From Vulcanimicrobiota bacterium (lineage in GTDB: Bacteria > Vulcanimicrobiota > Vulcanimicrobiia > Eremiobacterales > Eremiobacteraceae), in NCBI GenBank assembly GCA_963812135.1, contig CAWETU010000005.1, positions 32,001 to 96,000 of the forward strand: a DNA stretch of 64,000 nucleotides, given 5' to 3'. Under the pieces are notes generated by a model. The model was not told the DNA's origin, made no database searches, and saw nothing but the letters and a program-made list of their open reading frames with translations. Position numbers and translations under genes: made by a program. Positions 21,504 to 34,786 of the stretch are shown in pieces. Every line of letters starts with the position of its first letter. Within the stretch, counting starts at the first letter, position 1.

Positions 21504-22808
21504 TTACTTGCCTTGGGTCAGCGGGAGGACGACCGCGACGGTCTCGTCGCTCAAGTATTGCCGCGCGACGCGTTGCACGTCCGCCGCGCTCACCGCCGAG
21601 ATGCGCGTCGCCAGATCGTTTTCGAACGCGACGCCGTCCGGCGAGGCAGCCGAGCGCCCGAGCAGCCACGCCGCGTCGGAGAGCGACGTGACGGAGAGAT
21701 AGTAGTCGCCAAGCGCGAGTTTCTTGGCCTGTGTGACCAGCTCGGCCGGCAGCGGGTCGCCGCGCAGGCGAACGATGCCCTGCTCCACCTCGCGTAGCGC
21801 TGCGTCGACGTCCCCCGTGCCGCCGTTGAGGAAGATGACGAACGATCCGGGCCGCGCTTCGTACTGATAGAACGCGCCGACGTAGTCTTGTGCGCCGGGC
21901 GAACCGCCCGAGCCGAAGGACAGCGCATGCACGTCCCCGCCGCGTCCCATCAACGCTTGGATGACCAGCATCGCCGGGAAATCTTTGGAGAACTGCGATG
22001 GCGCGTTGAAGCCGATCGCTAGCCAGGGCGCGGGGATGTTGCGATGGGCGACGATCTCGTGCTGGCGTTTTTCAGGCGTGACGACAGGCGCGGCAGGCGC
22101 CGTGCGTGCGGGCCAGGACGAGAACGCCTTGCTCGCCGCGTCGACGTCTGTTTGCGAGAGCGCGCCCGTCAACGCGACGACGGTTCCGGCGCCGTACTGA
22201 TACGAGGCCGCAAAACGCTGCATGTCGCCGGCGTTGAGATGCGCCAGACTGGTCGCGCGGCCGGCCTGCGGGAAGGCGAACCCATTGCCTTGATAACGCA
22301 CCTGGCGGACCATCGTGTACGCCACCAGTGCGGGATTGGCGTCGTCGGTCCGCGCCTCGGAAGCGACCTCGTTGCGCGCCGCGGCGAATTCAGTCGCGTC
22401 CGGCTGCGCGATGGCATGCGCCAGATCGGCGAGCAATCGCGGCAGCGCGGAAGCCTGAGCTTCGATCTGAAAACGAGTCGCCTCCGGATCGACGGTGTAG
22501 GTCACCGAGCCGCCGGCCGCCTCTGCCGCCTGCGCGAGGTTGCGGCTGCCTTCGACCGGCGTGCGCAGCACGGTGGCCGCGGTCACCGCCGCGATACCGG
22601 CTGTGCTTGCGGTCTGCTGCGCGAGCCCGGCGGGGACGAAGACCTGCGCGCCGGCGATCGGCGCGTCGGTGGACAGTTGTGCGGTGACGACGACGCCGTT
22701 GGGCAGCGTCGACAGCGTCGCATGCGGGAACTGGCCGTTATCCGCGGCCGGCGCAGCGCCGATCAGGAACGCTCCTGCGAGCAGGGCCAGCGGCCAAACG
22801 CGATTCAT
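21504..22808 (-). CDS. M16 (insulinase) family protein, non-catalytic, with signal peptide
   Basis: TLPNGVVV start and ISAVSAADVQRVARQYL end; the HxxEH position reads GIAAVTA. Confidence 0.8.
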   Translation of the reverse strand: MNRVWPLALLAGAFLIGAAPAADNGQFPHATLSTLPNGVVVTAQLSTDAPIAGAQVFVPAGLAQQTASTAGIAAVTAATVLRTPVEGSRNLAQAAEAAGGSVTYTVDPEATRFQIEAQASALPRLLADLAHAIAQPDATEFAAARNEVASEARTDDANPALVAYTMVRQVRYQGNGFAFPQAGRATSLAHLNAGDMQRFAASYQYGAGTVVALTGALSQTDVDAASKAFSSWPARTAPAAPVVTPEKRQHEIVAHRNIPAPWLAIGFNAPSQFSKDFPAMLVIQALMGRGGDVHALSFGSGGSPGAQDYVGAFYQYEARPGSFVIFLNGGTGDVDAALREVEQGIVRLRGDPLPAELVTQAKKLALGDYYLSVTSLSDAAWLLGRSAASPDGVAFENDLATRISAVSAADVQRVARQYLSDETVAVVLPLTQGK

Positions 22809-24217
22809 CGAGAGGCTCCATTCACAGGCAGGCGCTCGGGTAACATGCTCGTGGTCGGCGGCGCGGCCGGCCGCGGTGCGACCGTCACGATCGCCGGCGT
22901 GGCTCCGAGATACGTCTTGGCGGCATCGTGCACGCTCTCTGCCGTCAGCGACGCGGCTTGTCCGTAGTAGTCGCCGTTGAGCGACATGTCCGTGACGGCC
23001 GGCGCGTACGCAGGCGCGCCTTGCGCGAAATACCAGCCGTAGTTGTCGGCCAGCTGCTGCGGCGTCTGCGTATCGCGCAGCGTGTGGACTCGGAATGCGT
23101 CGAGCGCCCGCGCGAACTCCTGCGCCGGCAGCGGGCCGTCGATCAGCGGCTTGATGGCGTCACGCATGATGGCCGTCATCGCCTCGCTCGAGCGTTTGCC
23201 GCCGGTGACGGTCATGTAGAACACGCCCGCGTCGCGCAGCGTGATGAACTGTCCGTTGAAGTCGGCTTGCGGATCGGCATCCTGCACCGCTTTGGCGACC
23301 AGACCATAGCCAGGCCTCGTGAGATAGTCGGAGAGAAAATCCATCGCCGTCGATGTGCGCTCGTCGGTGACCGACGGCCCGACCCAGCCCAACGCGACGC
23401 CGCCTTCGTCCGCGAAGCCTGCGTTGACGGGCGTGCCTTGAGGACGGTTGCGCGATGACGCGGGCAACCCGCCTCCCGCAGCCGCGGGCGGTGCCGCGTC
23501 GGCGATCCGTTTGCCAAGCCCAGCTTCATCGAGGCCGCCGCCGACGGCGACGACCATCTCATTAGCCGGCACGAAGGTCCGCGTCGCGTACGCTTGCGCA
23601 TCTGCGAGCGTCAGCCCGCGCAGCGTGTCGGCGACGCCGTACGTGGACGCATGAAACGGCCCGTCGGCGAAGAGCTGATTGAAGATCGCGTCGCGCAAGA
23701 CGACGTCGGGCTCGCTGGCCGCAACGACTTGCTGTTCGGCGAGGCGCAATTTGCCTTCGCGGAAGCCGGCTTGGTCGATCGTGGGATGCAAGACCCGCGC
23801 GAGCAGCGCGTCGGTCAGCTGATCGGATGCGTTGGCAGGCGCAAGCACCGAGATCTCGGTCGAACTCGGGAACACCGAGACCGCGAGCTGGCCGCCTTCG
23901 TTGCGGACGATATCGCGCAGCGATGCGCCGTTGACCTTGGTCGCGACGATGCTAAGCGCCGTGAGGCGCGCGACTCCCGGTGCTGTCGTGCCGTAGCCGT
24001 CCGACGGACCGATGATCCACACCTCGAGCGCGGCGGTCGGCGAGAGCGTCGCGCGGCGCACGGCAAGCGTCAAACCGTCTGGCAGAACCGATTCGCCCGC
24101 CGCGAGCTTCGGCGCAGCGGCTTGCGCCGCGCTGCCCACGCCGGATGGGAAAACGCCGAGCAGCGCGAGCGCGGCGGCGAACACAAGCGCGGCAGTAACG
24201 CCGCGGGGGATCTGCAT
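22805..24217 (-). CDS. M16 (insulinase) family protein, non-catalytic, with signal peptide
   Basis: VLPDGLTL, LRGLTLADAQAY...FVPANEMVVAVG and LTAESVHDAAKTYL; the HxxEH position reads GVARLTA. Confidence 0.78.
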   Translation of the reverse strand: MQIPRGVTAALVFAAALALLGVFPSGVGSAAQAAAPKLAAGESVLPDGLTLAVRRATLSPTAALEVWIIGPSDGYGTTAPGVARLTALSIVATKVNGASLRDIVRNEGGQLAVSVFPSSTEISVLAPANASDQLTDALLARVLHPTIDQAGFREGKLRLAEQQVVAASEPDVVLRDAIFNQLFADGPFHASTYGVADTLRGLTLADAQAYATRTFVPANEMVVAVGGGLDEAGLGKRIADAAPPAAAGGGLPASSRNRPQGTPVNAGFADEGGVALGWVGPSVTDERTSTAMDFLSDYLTRPGYGLVAKAVQDADPQADFNGQFITLRDAGVFYMTVTGGKRSSEAMTAIMRDAIKPLIDGPLPAQEFARALDAFRVHTLRDTQTPQQLADNYGWYFAQGAPAYAPAVTDMSLNGDYYGQAASLTAESVHDAAKTYLGATPAIVTVAPRPAAPPTTSMLPERLPVNGASR

Positions 24218-24257
24218 GCTGGTGCCTTTCAGGTGCGAGGCGCGAGCGAGGTCTACG

Positions 24258-26198
<1,941 letters not shown>

Positions 26199-26368
26199 CG
26201 CTGATTCCCCCGGGAGGGGGCCTTTCTGTCCCGAGCCCGCTGCCCGGTTCTTCTTCTTATACTACGTATCGGGCGCTCGGGAAGTTTATAGAGGGTCAAG
26301 GACACATGTGCGCATGGGCTTCTGGGTGGTTTTGAGGGTACCCTACCCCACTTTCGAGCTACCCGGAC

Positions 26369-27781
26369 CTAGTGCGACCCATCCCACACAATCGCCAACA
26401 CCCGATCGCCGCGGGGCGCGAACCCTTCCATGACGCGCACGCCGACCGCCGCCACGATGCGTTCCGCGTGGCAAAGCAGTGGGATCTGAGTCCGGCGATG
26501 TTTCGGCACGCCCGACTTGGCGAGAAAGCGCGCCAGCGAGACCGCGCGCGTGCGTCCCGACGGGATACACGTGTCGCCTTCATGCGGTACGCGCACCTGA
26601 AGTTTCGTGCCGGCGGGCAAAGCATCGTCATCGAGCAGCGTTGCGCCGCGCGGCGCGCTCGCGCGCGTGGTGCGGCGCAGCGTGAGATGTCCGTTCGTAT
26701 CGTTCGCGATAGCGTCGCCTGCGGGAACGACGATCGTCGACCGCTCGCGTCGCGGAGCCCGGCTTTTTGGGGAGGAGTTGCGCGCGACGACGGACATGCG
26801 CCCTGCGGAAAGTTCGACTGCCGCCTGACCTGCATGAAATACTCCGCCCCGCCCGGCAGCGATCGCTGCGGCGATCGCGTCGCAGTGTTCGAAATGGAAG
26901 TCGCGGAGCGTACCGAGCGCGCGCCGGACGGCGTGCCGGATGACGCGGCGCAACAATGCGGGGCCCAGCTCGCGCAAGACACGCGTCGACAGGTCCTCAC
27001 TCGTCGGGCTGATGCGCGAGCGCCGCCACGCGGTAGCGGCAAGCGCGTCGAGCACTGCTTTGTCCTCCGCCAGCATCGCCGCCGAACGAGCGATCGCGCT
27101 CCCTGCGCCCGGAGCAAGCCGTTCCAGTTCGCCGAGCAGCGCCCGCACGGCGTTGCGCCGCAAGCCTAGATCCGCATTGGTCTCATCGGTCGCGAACGGT
27201 GCGCCCGCGTTGCGGACGAACTCGCGTAGTTGGACTTTGCTGTACCCGAGCAATGGTCGCAACAGCGTGATGTCCCCCTCGAGCCGGCGCTGCCTCGGCA
27301 TCGCGGCGAGCCCATCGAGGCCGCTACCACGGATGAGCGCGAGCAGCGCGGTTTCGGAGAGATCGTCGCGATGGTGGCCGGTGACGATCACGGACGCGCC
27401 GGCGTCGCGCGCGGCCTGCACCAACGCGCGATACCGTGCGGTCCGCGCCGCGGCTTCGACTCCAGCACCGCGCTTTGCGACCTTGACGCGTTTGACGACG
27501 ACGCGCGCGCCGGCGTGGCGCGCCTGCGCGCGAACGGCGGCGATGTCCTGGCGGATCTGCGCGCGCGGCCGCAACCCGTGATCGACGTACACGGCGATGA
27601 TGGTATCGCCGGGCATGGCCTCGCGTGCGAGCAGCATGGCGGCGGCGCTGTCCGGACCGCCGGATGCGGCGACGATGATCGCCCGCGCGGGCGCGCCGGT
27701 CTCGCGAGCCGCGGCGGCTTTGCGCGCTTCGGTGGACTTACGAGCTGCGGCGCGCGTAGCGCTCGACTTCACGCTGCGCAT
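26369..27781 (-). CDS. tilS: tRNA(Ile)-lysidine synthetase (start approximate)
   Basis: ASGGPDS PP-loop, VDHGLR, EAAARTARY, GHHRDD, LRPLL and DETN...RRNAVR; lies upstream of ftsH. Confidence 0.92.
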   Translation of the reverse strand: MRSVKSSATRAAARKSTEARKAAAARETGAPARAIIVAASGGPDSAAAMLLAREAMPGDTIIAVYVDHGLRPRAQIRQDIAAVRAQARHAGARVVVKRVKVAKRGAGVEAAARTARYRALVQAARDAGASVIVTGHHRDDLSETALLALIRGSGLDGLAAMPRQRRLEGDITLLRPLLGYSKVQLREFVRNAGAPFATDETNADLGLRRNAVRALLGELERLAPGAGSAIARSAAMLAEDKAVLDALAATAWRRSRISPTSEDLSTRVLRELGPALLRRVIRHAVRRALGTLRDFHFEHCDAIAAAIAAGRGGVFHAGQAAVELSAGRMSVVARNSSPKSRAPRRERSTIVVPAGDAIANDTNGHLTLRRTTRASAPRGATLLDDDALPAGTKLQVRVPHEGDTCIPSGRTRAVSLARFLAKSGVPKHRRTQIPLLCHAERIVAAVGVRVMEGFAPRGDRVLAIVWDGSH

Positions 27782-28208
27782 CGCGCTTCTTGATCGTCTC
27801 ACGCTTGTCATAATGCTTCTTGCCGCGACCCAAGCCGAGCTCAGCCTTGACGCGCCCGCGTTTGAAATACAAGCGCAGCGGGAGCAATGCGAACCCTTTT
27901 TCCTGGAGCGTGCCGACCAGCCGTTTGAGTTCGCGCGCGTGCAGCAGCAGTTTGCGGTCGCGTCGCGGTTCGTGTTGCGAGAAGAACGTGCCCTGCTCGT
28001 ACGCTGGGATCTGCACGTTGACCAGCCAGGCCTCGCGGCCTTTGAGCCGGACGTAGCCATCCGTCAACGAGCAGCCGTTGACGCGCAGGCTCTTGACCTC
28101 GGTGCCGGTGAGCACGAGGCCGGCCTCCATGGTCTCTTCGATCTTGTAATCGTGCCGGGCGCGCCGATTGCTCGCGATGAGCTTGGTGCCGCCCTCCTCC
28201 GCACTCAT
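27738..28208 (-). CDS. smpB: SsrA-binding protein
   Basis: NRRARHDY, EAGLVLTGTEVKSLR, RKLLLH and GKKHYDKR. Confidence 0.98.
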   Translation of the reverse strand: MSAEEGGTKLIASNRRARHDYKIEETMEAGLVLTGTEVKSLRVNGCSLTDGYVRLKGREAWLVNVQIPAYEQGTFFSQHEPRRDRKLLLHARELKRLVGTLQEKGFALLPLRLYFKRGRVKAELGLGRGKKHYDKRETIKKRDAQREVERYARRSS

Positions 28209-28217
28209 GCGGCGCCG

Positions 28218-28649
28218 CTAGACCGCGACGAAACGCGAGTGGCCTTCGGCGTAGACGGTGCCGGCGCCGTCGGACAGCACGGCGCTCGCGTCGAGCACCT
28301 TGCCGCGGCGCCGGTCGATCTTCCCTTCGAGCTGCAGCGGCGCACCGGTAGGCGCAGGTTTGCGAAAGCGGATCTCGAGCTTGCCGGTGAGCGCTCGCGC
28401 GCCTGCGGCGATCGCCGCGTGCGCCATCGCCTCGTCAAGCAATGTCGCGACGATGCCGCCGTGCAGCATGCCCGCCCAGCCGCCGAATTGCGGCTCGACC
28501 GCGACGGTGCAGCGCGCGCTGTTCTCGCCGTAATCGAACTTCAGCCGCAGACCGAGCGCGTTCTCGGGCCCGCACGCGAAGCATTGCCGGTCGTCCTGCA
28601 GCTGCGAAGGCGCCGTCGATGCCAAGAACGCTTCGCGCGACATCGTCAC
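28218..28649 (-). CDS. PaaI-family hotdog thioesterase
   Basis: CFACGPENALGL and LHGGIVATLLDEAM. Confidence 0.9.
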   Translation of the reverse strand: MTMSREAFLASTAPSQLQDDRQCFACGPENALGLRLKFDYGENSARCTVAVEPQFGGWAGMLHGGIVATLLDEAMAHAAIAAGARALTGKLEIRFRKPAPTGAPLQLEGKIDRRRGKVLDASAVLSDGAGTVYAEGHSRFVAV

Positions 28650-29569
28650 TTGATGTCGCCGCGCTTGATCTTGTCGAGCTCGGATTGCGAGAACTCGGGC
28701 GCTTCGCCGTAGACGATCGCCTCGGAGAACGCGAGCTTGGCCTCAGGCACCTTGTGCACTTTCAGATAGACCGTGCCGAGCAGCGGCAAACCGTATTGAC
28801 CAGCCTCGCCGACGTGCCCCTTGTCGAGATCGATCGCCGTCTTGAGGTACTTGATGGCCGCGTCGTACTGGCCGAGGTCGTCCATGATCGATCCGAGATG
28901 GTAGAAGGCGTCGGGATAGTTCGGCATGAGATTCGGCACGTCGACGAGATAGGCAAGCGCGCGGTTGGGGTCTTTGAGGTCGACCTGGTAGATGCTCGAC
29001 AAGTACTCGCGCGCGAGCACGTCCTTGGGCGAGTTCGCCAATGCGGCGAGGAACTCGGCTTTCGAGCGGCTCGTCGAATTGTCACCCAGCCGGTAGATGC
29101 CCAAGCCCACGTGCGCCGCCGCCATGTGCGGATCGATCAGCAGCGCCGCGTTGAACGCGTCGCGCGCGTCCGGTCCGCGAGCGGTCTGGAACTGCGACAT
29201 GAACAGATACGTGTAGCCGAGCCGCGTCTGCATGAGCGCATCGCGCGGGTTCTTCGCGGCGTCTTCTTCTTCTTGATTGGACTGTTGGGTCAGCGCGTCG
29301 ACGCCGAGGTTGCGTAGACTGGCGTTGAAGAACGACAGCGCGAACGAGTCGGATGGCGCGATGGCGAGCGCCGCTTCGAACTCCGTGCGCGCTTTCGCGA
29401 AATTCTTCGAGTAGAACGCGGTGAGGCCGTCGCTGACGTGCGTCAAGAACGCGCGGTCCGAGTATTGCTCTCCGGGCTGCATGGCAGCGGCGACGCTTGG
29501 ACGCGCGCTTTGCAAGAGCGCGCAGCACACGACGAGAGCGATCAAAACGAGACGAAGATGGGTCATCAT
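28646..29569 (-). CDS. Exported TPR-repeat protein
   Basis: Signal peptide and repeated TPR helices (AHVGLG, AFYHLG, YLKTAIDLD). Confidence 0.82.
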   Translation of the reverse strand: MMTHLRLVLIALVVCCALLQSARPSVAAAMQPGEQYSDRAFLTHVSDGLTAFYSKNFAKARTEFEAALAIAPSDSFALSFFNASLRNLGVDALTQQSNQEEEDAAKNPRDALMQTRLGYTYLFMSQFQTARGPDARDAFNAALLIDPHMAAAHVGLGIYRLGDNSTSRSKAEFLAALANSPKDVLAREYLSSIYQVDLKDPNRALAYLVDVPNLMPNYPDAFYHLGSIMDDLGQYDAAIKYLKTAIDLDKGHVGEAGQYGLPLLGTVYLKVHKVPEAKLAFSEAIVYGEAPEFSQSELDKIKRGDIK

Positions 29570-29582
29570 GCCTTTCTTTGCG

Positions 29583-30347
29583 TCACCAGCCCGAAACGAG
29601 GCGTTCGCTCAAGGTAGGCGGCAGGCTGGCTTGCGCGATCCGTTCGCGCACACGGTCGATATCGTACGTCACCCGCTTGATCTCAACCGCGTGTGCCGCG
29701 TCGTCATACGCGGCGAACGACGCCTGCGGGTTGCGGTCGCGGGGCTGTCCGACGCTCCCCACGTTGACGATATATCTGAATTCGCGAACGATGTCGATCC
29801 GCCCGCCATGGAGCAGCCGCTGCTGGAACGTCCTGCCTCCCGGGTTCTGGTAGTAGACTTCCGCGACGTGACTGTGCCCGACGAAGGTCAGCGGCTCCTG
29901 GGCCAGCTCGAAGGCGCGCTGCGCGTCTCGCACATCCATTATATACTCGAAATGGTGGACCGGCGCGCCGTGGACCATCGCGAAGCCGTCCAGCCGGCGC
30001 TCTCTCGGCAGGCCGGCGAGATAGGCCCGGTTGTCCGCAGTCAGCTGGTCGCGGGTCCAGGTGATAGCCTCGCGCGCGAGCGGATTGAACCGCTCTTCCC
30101 CGACGCCCTTGACCGCTGCCTCGTCGTGATTGCCCGCGATCGCGATGACGCCTCGCTCGCGCAGCAGATCGCAGCATTCGTTCGGGCTGGGGCCGTAGCC
30201 GACGATGTCTCCGAGGCACAGCAACGCGTCCACTCCCATGGCATCGATCTCGGCGATGACCGCGTGGAGCGCTTCAAGATTCGAATGGACGTCGGATAGT
30301 ATGCCGTAACGCAGGCCGGGCGACTTCTGTCGCCCGCCGCAGCTCAC
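29583..30347 (-). CDS. Metallophosphoesterase (YfcE/PPP-like)
   Basis: SDVHSN, LGDIVGYG, GNHD, HG, GHSH and NVGSVGQPRD. The GTG start overlaps the upstream TGA. Confidence 0.9.
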   Translation of the reverse strand: MSCGGRQKSPGLRYGILSDVHSNLEALHAVIAEIDAMGVDALLCLGDIVGYGPSPNECCDLLRERGVIAIAGNHDEAAVKGVGEERFNPLAREAITWTRDQLTADNRAYLAGLPRERRLDGFAMVHGAPVHHFEYIMDVRDAQRAFELAQEPLTFVGHSHVAEVYYQNPGGRTFQQRLLHGGRIDIVREFRYIVNVGSVGQPRDRNPQASFAAYDDAAHAVEIKRVTYDIDRVRERIAQASLPPTLSERLVSGW

Positions 30348-30892
30348 CTCTGGACGCGCAGCTTGTCGACGACGCCTTTCACTCCTGAGGTGCCGCGCGC
30401 CGTGTCGACCGCGACCGATTCGATCGCGCGCGATGGCACGTCGCCGGCCAAGGTCACGACGCCGCGATGTGCACTCACATCGATCTTCAACGCGTTCACG
30501 CCGGTCTGCCCCGCGATCGCGACACGCACTTTTGCCGCGAGCGAGACGTCGTCGGCGATCTCGTTGCCGGTAGGCGCTTTGGGATTGATCGCGATCTGCG
30601 CGTTGACGGCCTTCACGCCATCGACTTTCCGCGCCGCGGCGATGAGCTGCTCGCGCTCTTGCGCGCTGCGCACCTGACCGCGCATCGTCACGACGCCGGC
30701 GGTGCATTCGACCTTGATCAGCGAGACCGTCGCGGGATCGAGCGCCGTCGCCGAGCCGCGCACCTGCGCGCAGACCCAAGCGTCGCTCGCGCCGCGTTCG
30801 ATGGCGCGTTGCGCTTGGTCTTGATCGCTCTTGCTGCAGCCCGCTATCACCAGCGCGCAAACCGCGAGTACGTACAACGATTTCATGATCAC
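30344..30892 (-). CDS. Double-BON domain lipoprotein (OsmY/DolP-like)
   Basis: IAG|C lipobox and two BON repeats (GVVTMRGQV...GVKAV; GVVTLAG...GVKGV). Confidence 0.88.
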   Translation of the reverse strand: MIMKSLYVLAVCALVIAGCSKSDQDQAQRAIERGASDAWVCAQVRGSATALDPATVSLIKVECTAGVVTMRGQVRSAQEREQLIAAARKVDGVKAVNAQIAINPKAPTGNEIADDVSLAAKVRVAIAGQTGVNALKIDVSAHRGVVTLAGDVPSRAIESVAVDTARGTSGVKGVVDKLRVQR

Positions 30893-32175
30893 CTCAAGCT
30901 CGACGTGCGCGAGAGCGGTATCGCATCGATCAACGTGCCTGGCTCGATCGGTCCGCTGCCCGCGGGCACATCCACGAGCGCGTCGGCGAAACCCAAGATG
31001 TGCATCTGCGCGGACGTACCGAGCAGCGGGGTCGCGTCTACGCCGTCGTCGGTGCGCACCAACCGCACTGGCACGAGATGTTCGAGATCGGGTTCGAGAT
31101 CGATCCGCTGTTGCAGCCGGGCGCGGATCGGCAGCGTGCTGTTGTCCTTATCATACAGCCGCAGCAGGATCGGTTTGCCCAGCGTCTCGAGCATCACCAG
31201 CGCGGACACCGGATTTCCCGGCAGCCCGACGACCGGCTTTTCGCCGACAATCGCGAGCATCGTGGGCCTACCGGGTTTCGCGCGCACGCCATGCACGATG
31301 ACGCCCGGCTTGCCGGCAGCGCCGACGATCTCGGGCGTGTAGTCGCGTTCGCCGACGCTCGAGCCGCCTGAGATCACAACCGCATCGCACTCCGAGAGCG
31401 CGCGCGCCAACGCGCGCTCGAACGCGTCGCGTCGATCGGGAACTCTCTCGTAGGCTTGCGGTTCGAAGCCCATCGCGCGCAACGCGCCTGCCAGGGAGAG
31501 GCTGTTGATGTCGCGCACCTCGCCGTCGCGCATCGTCGCGCCCGGCGACACGATCTCATCGCCCGTCACGAGCAAACCGACCTTCGGCGTGACGAAGACG
31601 AGCAATTCGGCGACGCCCGCCCCGGACAGCATGCCGACGGACGCTGCGGTAAGCACATCGCCGCGGCGGCGCAACACGTCACCGTCGCGGACGTCGGCGC
31701 CGCGCTGCGTGATGTGCTCCTCGCTGCCCTCACCGTCGAGCACCTCGATCGCACTGCCGAGATCGCGGCAATCTTCTTTCTTGACGACGCCGGTGGCGCC
31801 CGGCGGCAGCCAGCCGCCCGTCGGCACGCGGACCGCCTCTCCGGCTTGCAACTCGGCGCGAGGTGCGCGCTCGCCCATGAGCACTTCGCCGGTGACTGCG
31901 AGACGCACAGGATTGCGATTGTCGGCCGCTCGCACGTCGGGCGCGCGCACCGCGAACCCATCGACGCTCGAGCGCGTGAACGGCGGCACGTCTTCGACCG
32001 CGCGCACATCCTCGGCCAGCACGCGGCCGGCGGCCAGCGCGCTCATCGGCACGCGCTCCGTCGCGGCGGCGCGGATCGGATGCTCGAACACGGCTCGCAA
32101 GGCCTGCGCTAGGGTGACGCGACGAAGGGTCGGATCAACGGTAGACGTCGTGTGTGCCTCCGCACTAGGTAACAT
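30889..32175 (-). CDS. moeA: Molybdopterin molybdotransferase
   Basis: GRVLAEDV, PPFTRSSVDGFAVR, TGDEI, SGGSSVG, KPGRP and GLPGNPVS. Confidence 0.95.
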   Translation of the reverse strand: MLPSAEAHTTSTVDPTLRRVTLAQALRAVFEHPIRAAATERVPMSALAAGRVLAEDVRAVEDVPPFTRSSVDGFAVRAPDVRAADNRNPVRLAVTGEVLMGERAPRAELQAGEAVRVPTGGWLPPGATGVVKKEDCRDLGSAIEVLDGEGSEEHITQRGADVRDGDVLRRRGDVLTAASVGMLSGAGVAELLVFVTPKVGLLVTGDEIVSPGATMRDGEVRDINSLSLAGALRAMGFEPQAYERVPDRRDAFERALARALSECDAVVISGGSSVGERDYTPEIVGAAGKPGVIVHGVRAKPGRPTMLAIVGEKPVVGLPGNPVSALVMLETLGKPILLRLYDKDNSTLPIRARLQQRIDLEPDLEHLVPVRLVRTDDGVDATPLLGTSAQMHILGFADALVDVPAGSGPIEPGTLIDAIPLSRTSSLR

Positions 32176-32276
32176 TCGCGCGAATGCGCAAGTCTGATGT
32201 TAGGAATCTCGGTGTTTAGTGCGCTCCCGCAAGGCACCCTTCTGTACTAAGGGCGCCAGCGGGCGATGGAGGCCAG

Positions 32277-33401
32277 ATGTACCCGCATTCGCTTGAAGAC
32301 ATGCTGACGCAGACGGTGCTCGCGAGCGCGTCGGATCTGCACCTGGTCGCCGGCTGTCCGCCGACGATCCGCATCAACGGCGAGCTCGGCAAGCTCAACG
32401 ACGACATCATGCAAAAGGACGACATGGAGGGCGTGCTCCGCCAGATCCTGACCGACGACCAGTTCAACCAAATCGTCGTGAATCGCGAGCTCGACACCGC
32501 GTACGCGCTCCAGGGCATTTCCCGTTTTCGCGTCAACATGTGCTTCGAACGCGGCCACATGAGCGGTACGTTTCGAGCGATCCCGTCCTCGCCGCCGAAA
32601 CTCGAAGAGATGGACCTCCCGAAAGTCGTCACGCAATACACGCAAATACCCCGCGGCCTCATCCTCGTCACCGGGCCGACCGGCTGCGGCAAGAGCACGA
32701 CGCTCGCGGCGATGATCGACTATATCAACCGGCGCTCCAAGCTGCGCATCGTGACCATCGAAGACCCGATCGAGTTCGAGCATCACAGCGATCAGTCGGT
32801 GATCACGCAGCGCGAGGTCGGCCACGATACCAAAGGCGAGCAATTCGCGTTGCGCTCCGCCCTGCGCCAGGATCCGGACGTGATCCTCGTCGGCGAGATG
32901 CGCGATCTGGAGACCATCAAACTGGCGATGTCCGCCGCCGAGACGGGCCACTTGGTGTTCGGCACGCTTCACGTCACGTCGGCGGCCGAATCGATCAATC
33001 GCATCATCGACGTCTTCCCGGTCGACCAGCAGGAGCAGGTGCGCGTCCAGCTCGCCGGCTCGTTCGAAGCGGTCTTCACGCAGTGTTTGCTCCCGCGGGC
33101 CAGCGGCTCGGGGCGCATCTGCGCGATGGAAGTGCTGCTCGGCACCCCGGCTGTCCGCAACCTCATCCGCGAGAACAAGCCATCGCAGATGATGACCGCG
33201 ATGCAGACGGGAACGCAGCTCGGCATGCAGTCCCTCGAGAAACATCTTGCTGAGCTGGTGGTGGCGGGGAAGATCACGCGCGACAGCGCGATCGAAGCAT
33301 CATCGCACCCAGATGAACTGCGGCGCGTATTGGGCTCCGCACCGGCCGGCCCGCGCTTCCCCACGGCGGAGACGGCCATGCCATCGGCACCGCGTCAATA
33401 G
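32277..33401 (+). CDS. pilT: Type IV pilus retraction ATPase
   Basis: ASDLHL, GPTGCGKST, TIEDPIE, LRQDPDVILVGEMRD, AAETGHLVFGTLH, AVRNLIRE and GMQS. Confidence 0.93.
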   Translation: MYPHSLEDMLTQTVLASASDLHLVAGCPPTIRINGELGKLNDDIMQKDDMEGVLRQILTDDQFNQIVVNRELDTAYALQGISRFRVNMCFERGHMSGTFRAIPSSPPKLEEMDLPKVVTQYTQIPRGLILVTGPTGCGKSTTLAAMIDYINRRSKLRIVTIEDPIEFEHHSDQSVITQREVGHDTKGEQFALRSALRQDPDVILVGEMRDLETIKLAMSAAETGHLVFGTLHVTSAAESINRIIDVFPVDQQEQVRVQLAGSFEAVFTQCLLPRASGSGRICAMEVLLGTPAVRNLIRENKPSQMMTAMQTGTQLGMQSLEKHLAELVVAGKITRDSAIEASSHPDELRRVLGSAPAGPRFPTAETAMPSAPRQ

Positions 33402-34677
<1,276 letters not shown>

Positions 34678-34786
34678 GAGCCGGCCCCCGCTGAGTCCAA
34701 CCTGCCGGGGTTACCGCTCCATGCATGCGGTTTTTTTGCCGCGCGTGGCATCGCTTTGCATACGCGCATTCAAAGGGGGATGGTTC

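Noticed and set aside
19444..21797. Long alternative-frame ORFs such as 19444-20421, 20469-21797 and 49024-50904
   Set aside because: They are GC-rich shadow ORFs opposite well-supported genes and carry no recognisable motifs.
27738..28208. tmRNA gene near smpB
   Set aside because: The flanks are fully coding and no ssrA-like ends are visible.
30314..30337. Hairpin GGGCGAC-TTCT-GTCGCCC as a terminator or REP
   Set aside because: It lies within the probable 5' end of the phosphoesterase gene, has no U-tract and does not match the REP consensus.
34746..34760. sigma54 promoter TGGCATCGCTTTGCA
   Set aside because: GG-to-GC spacing is 9 nt rather than the required 10.
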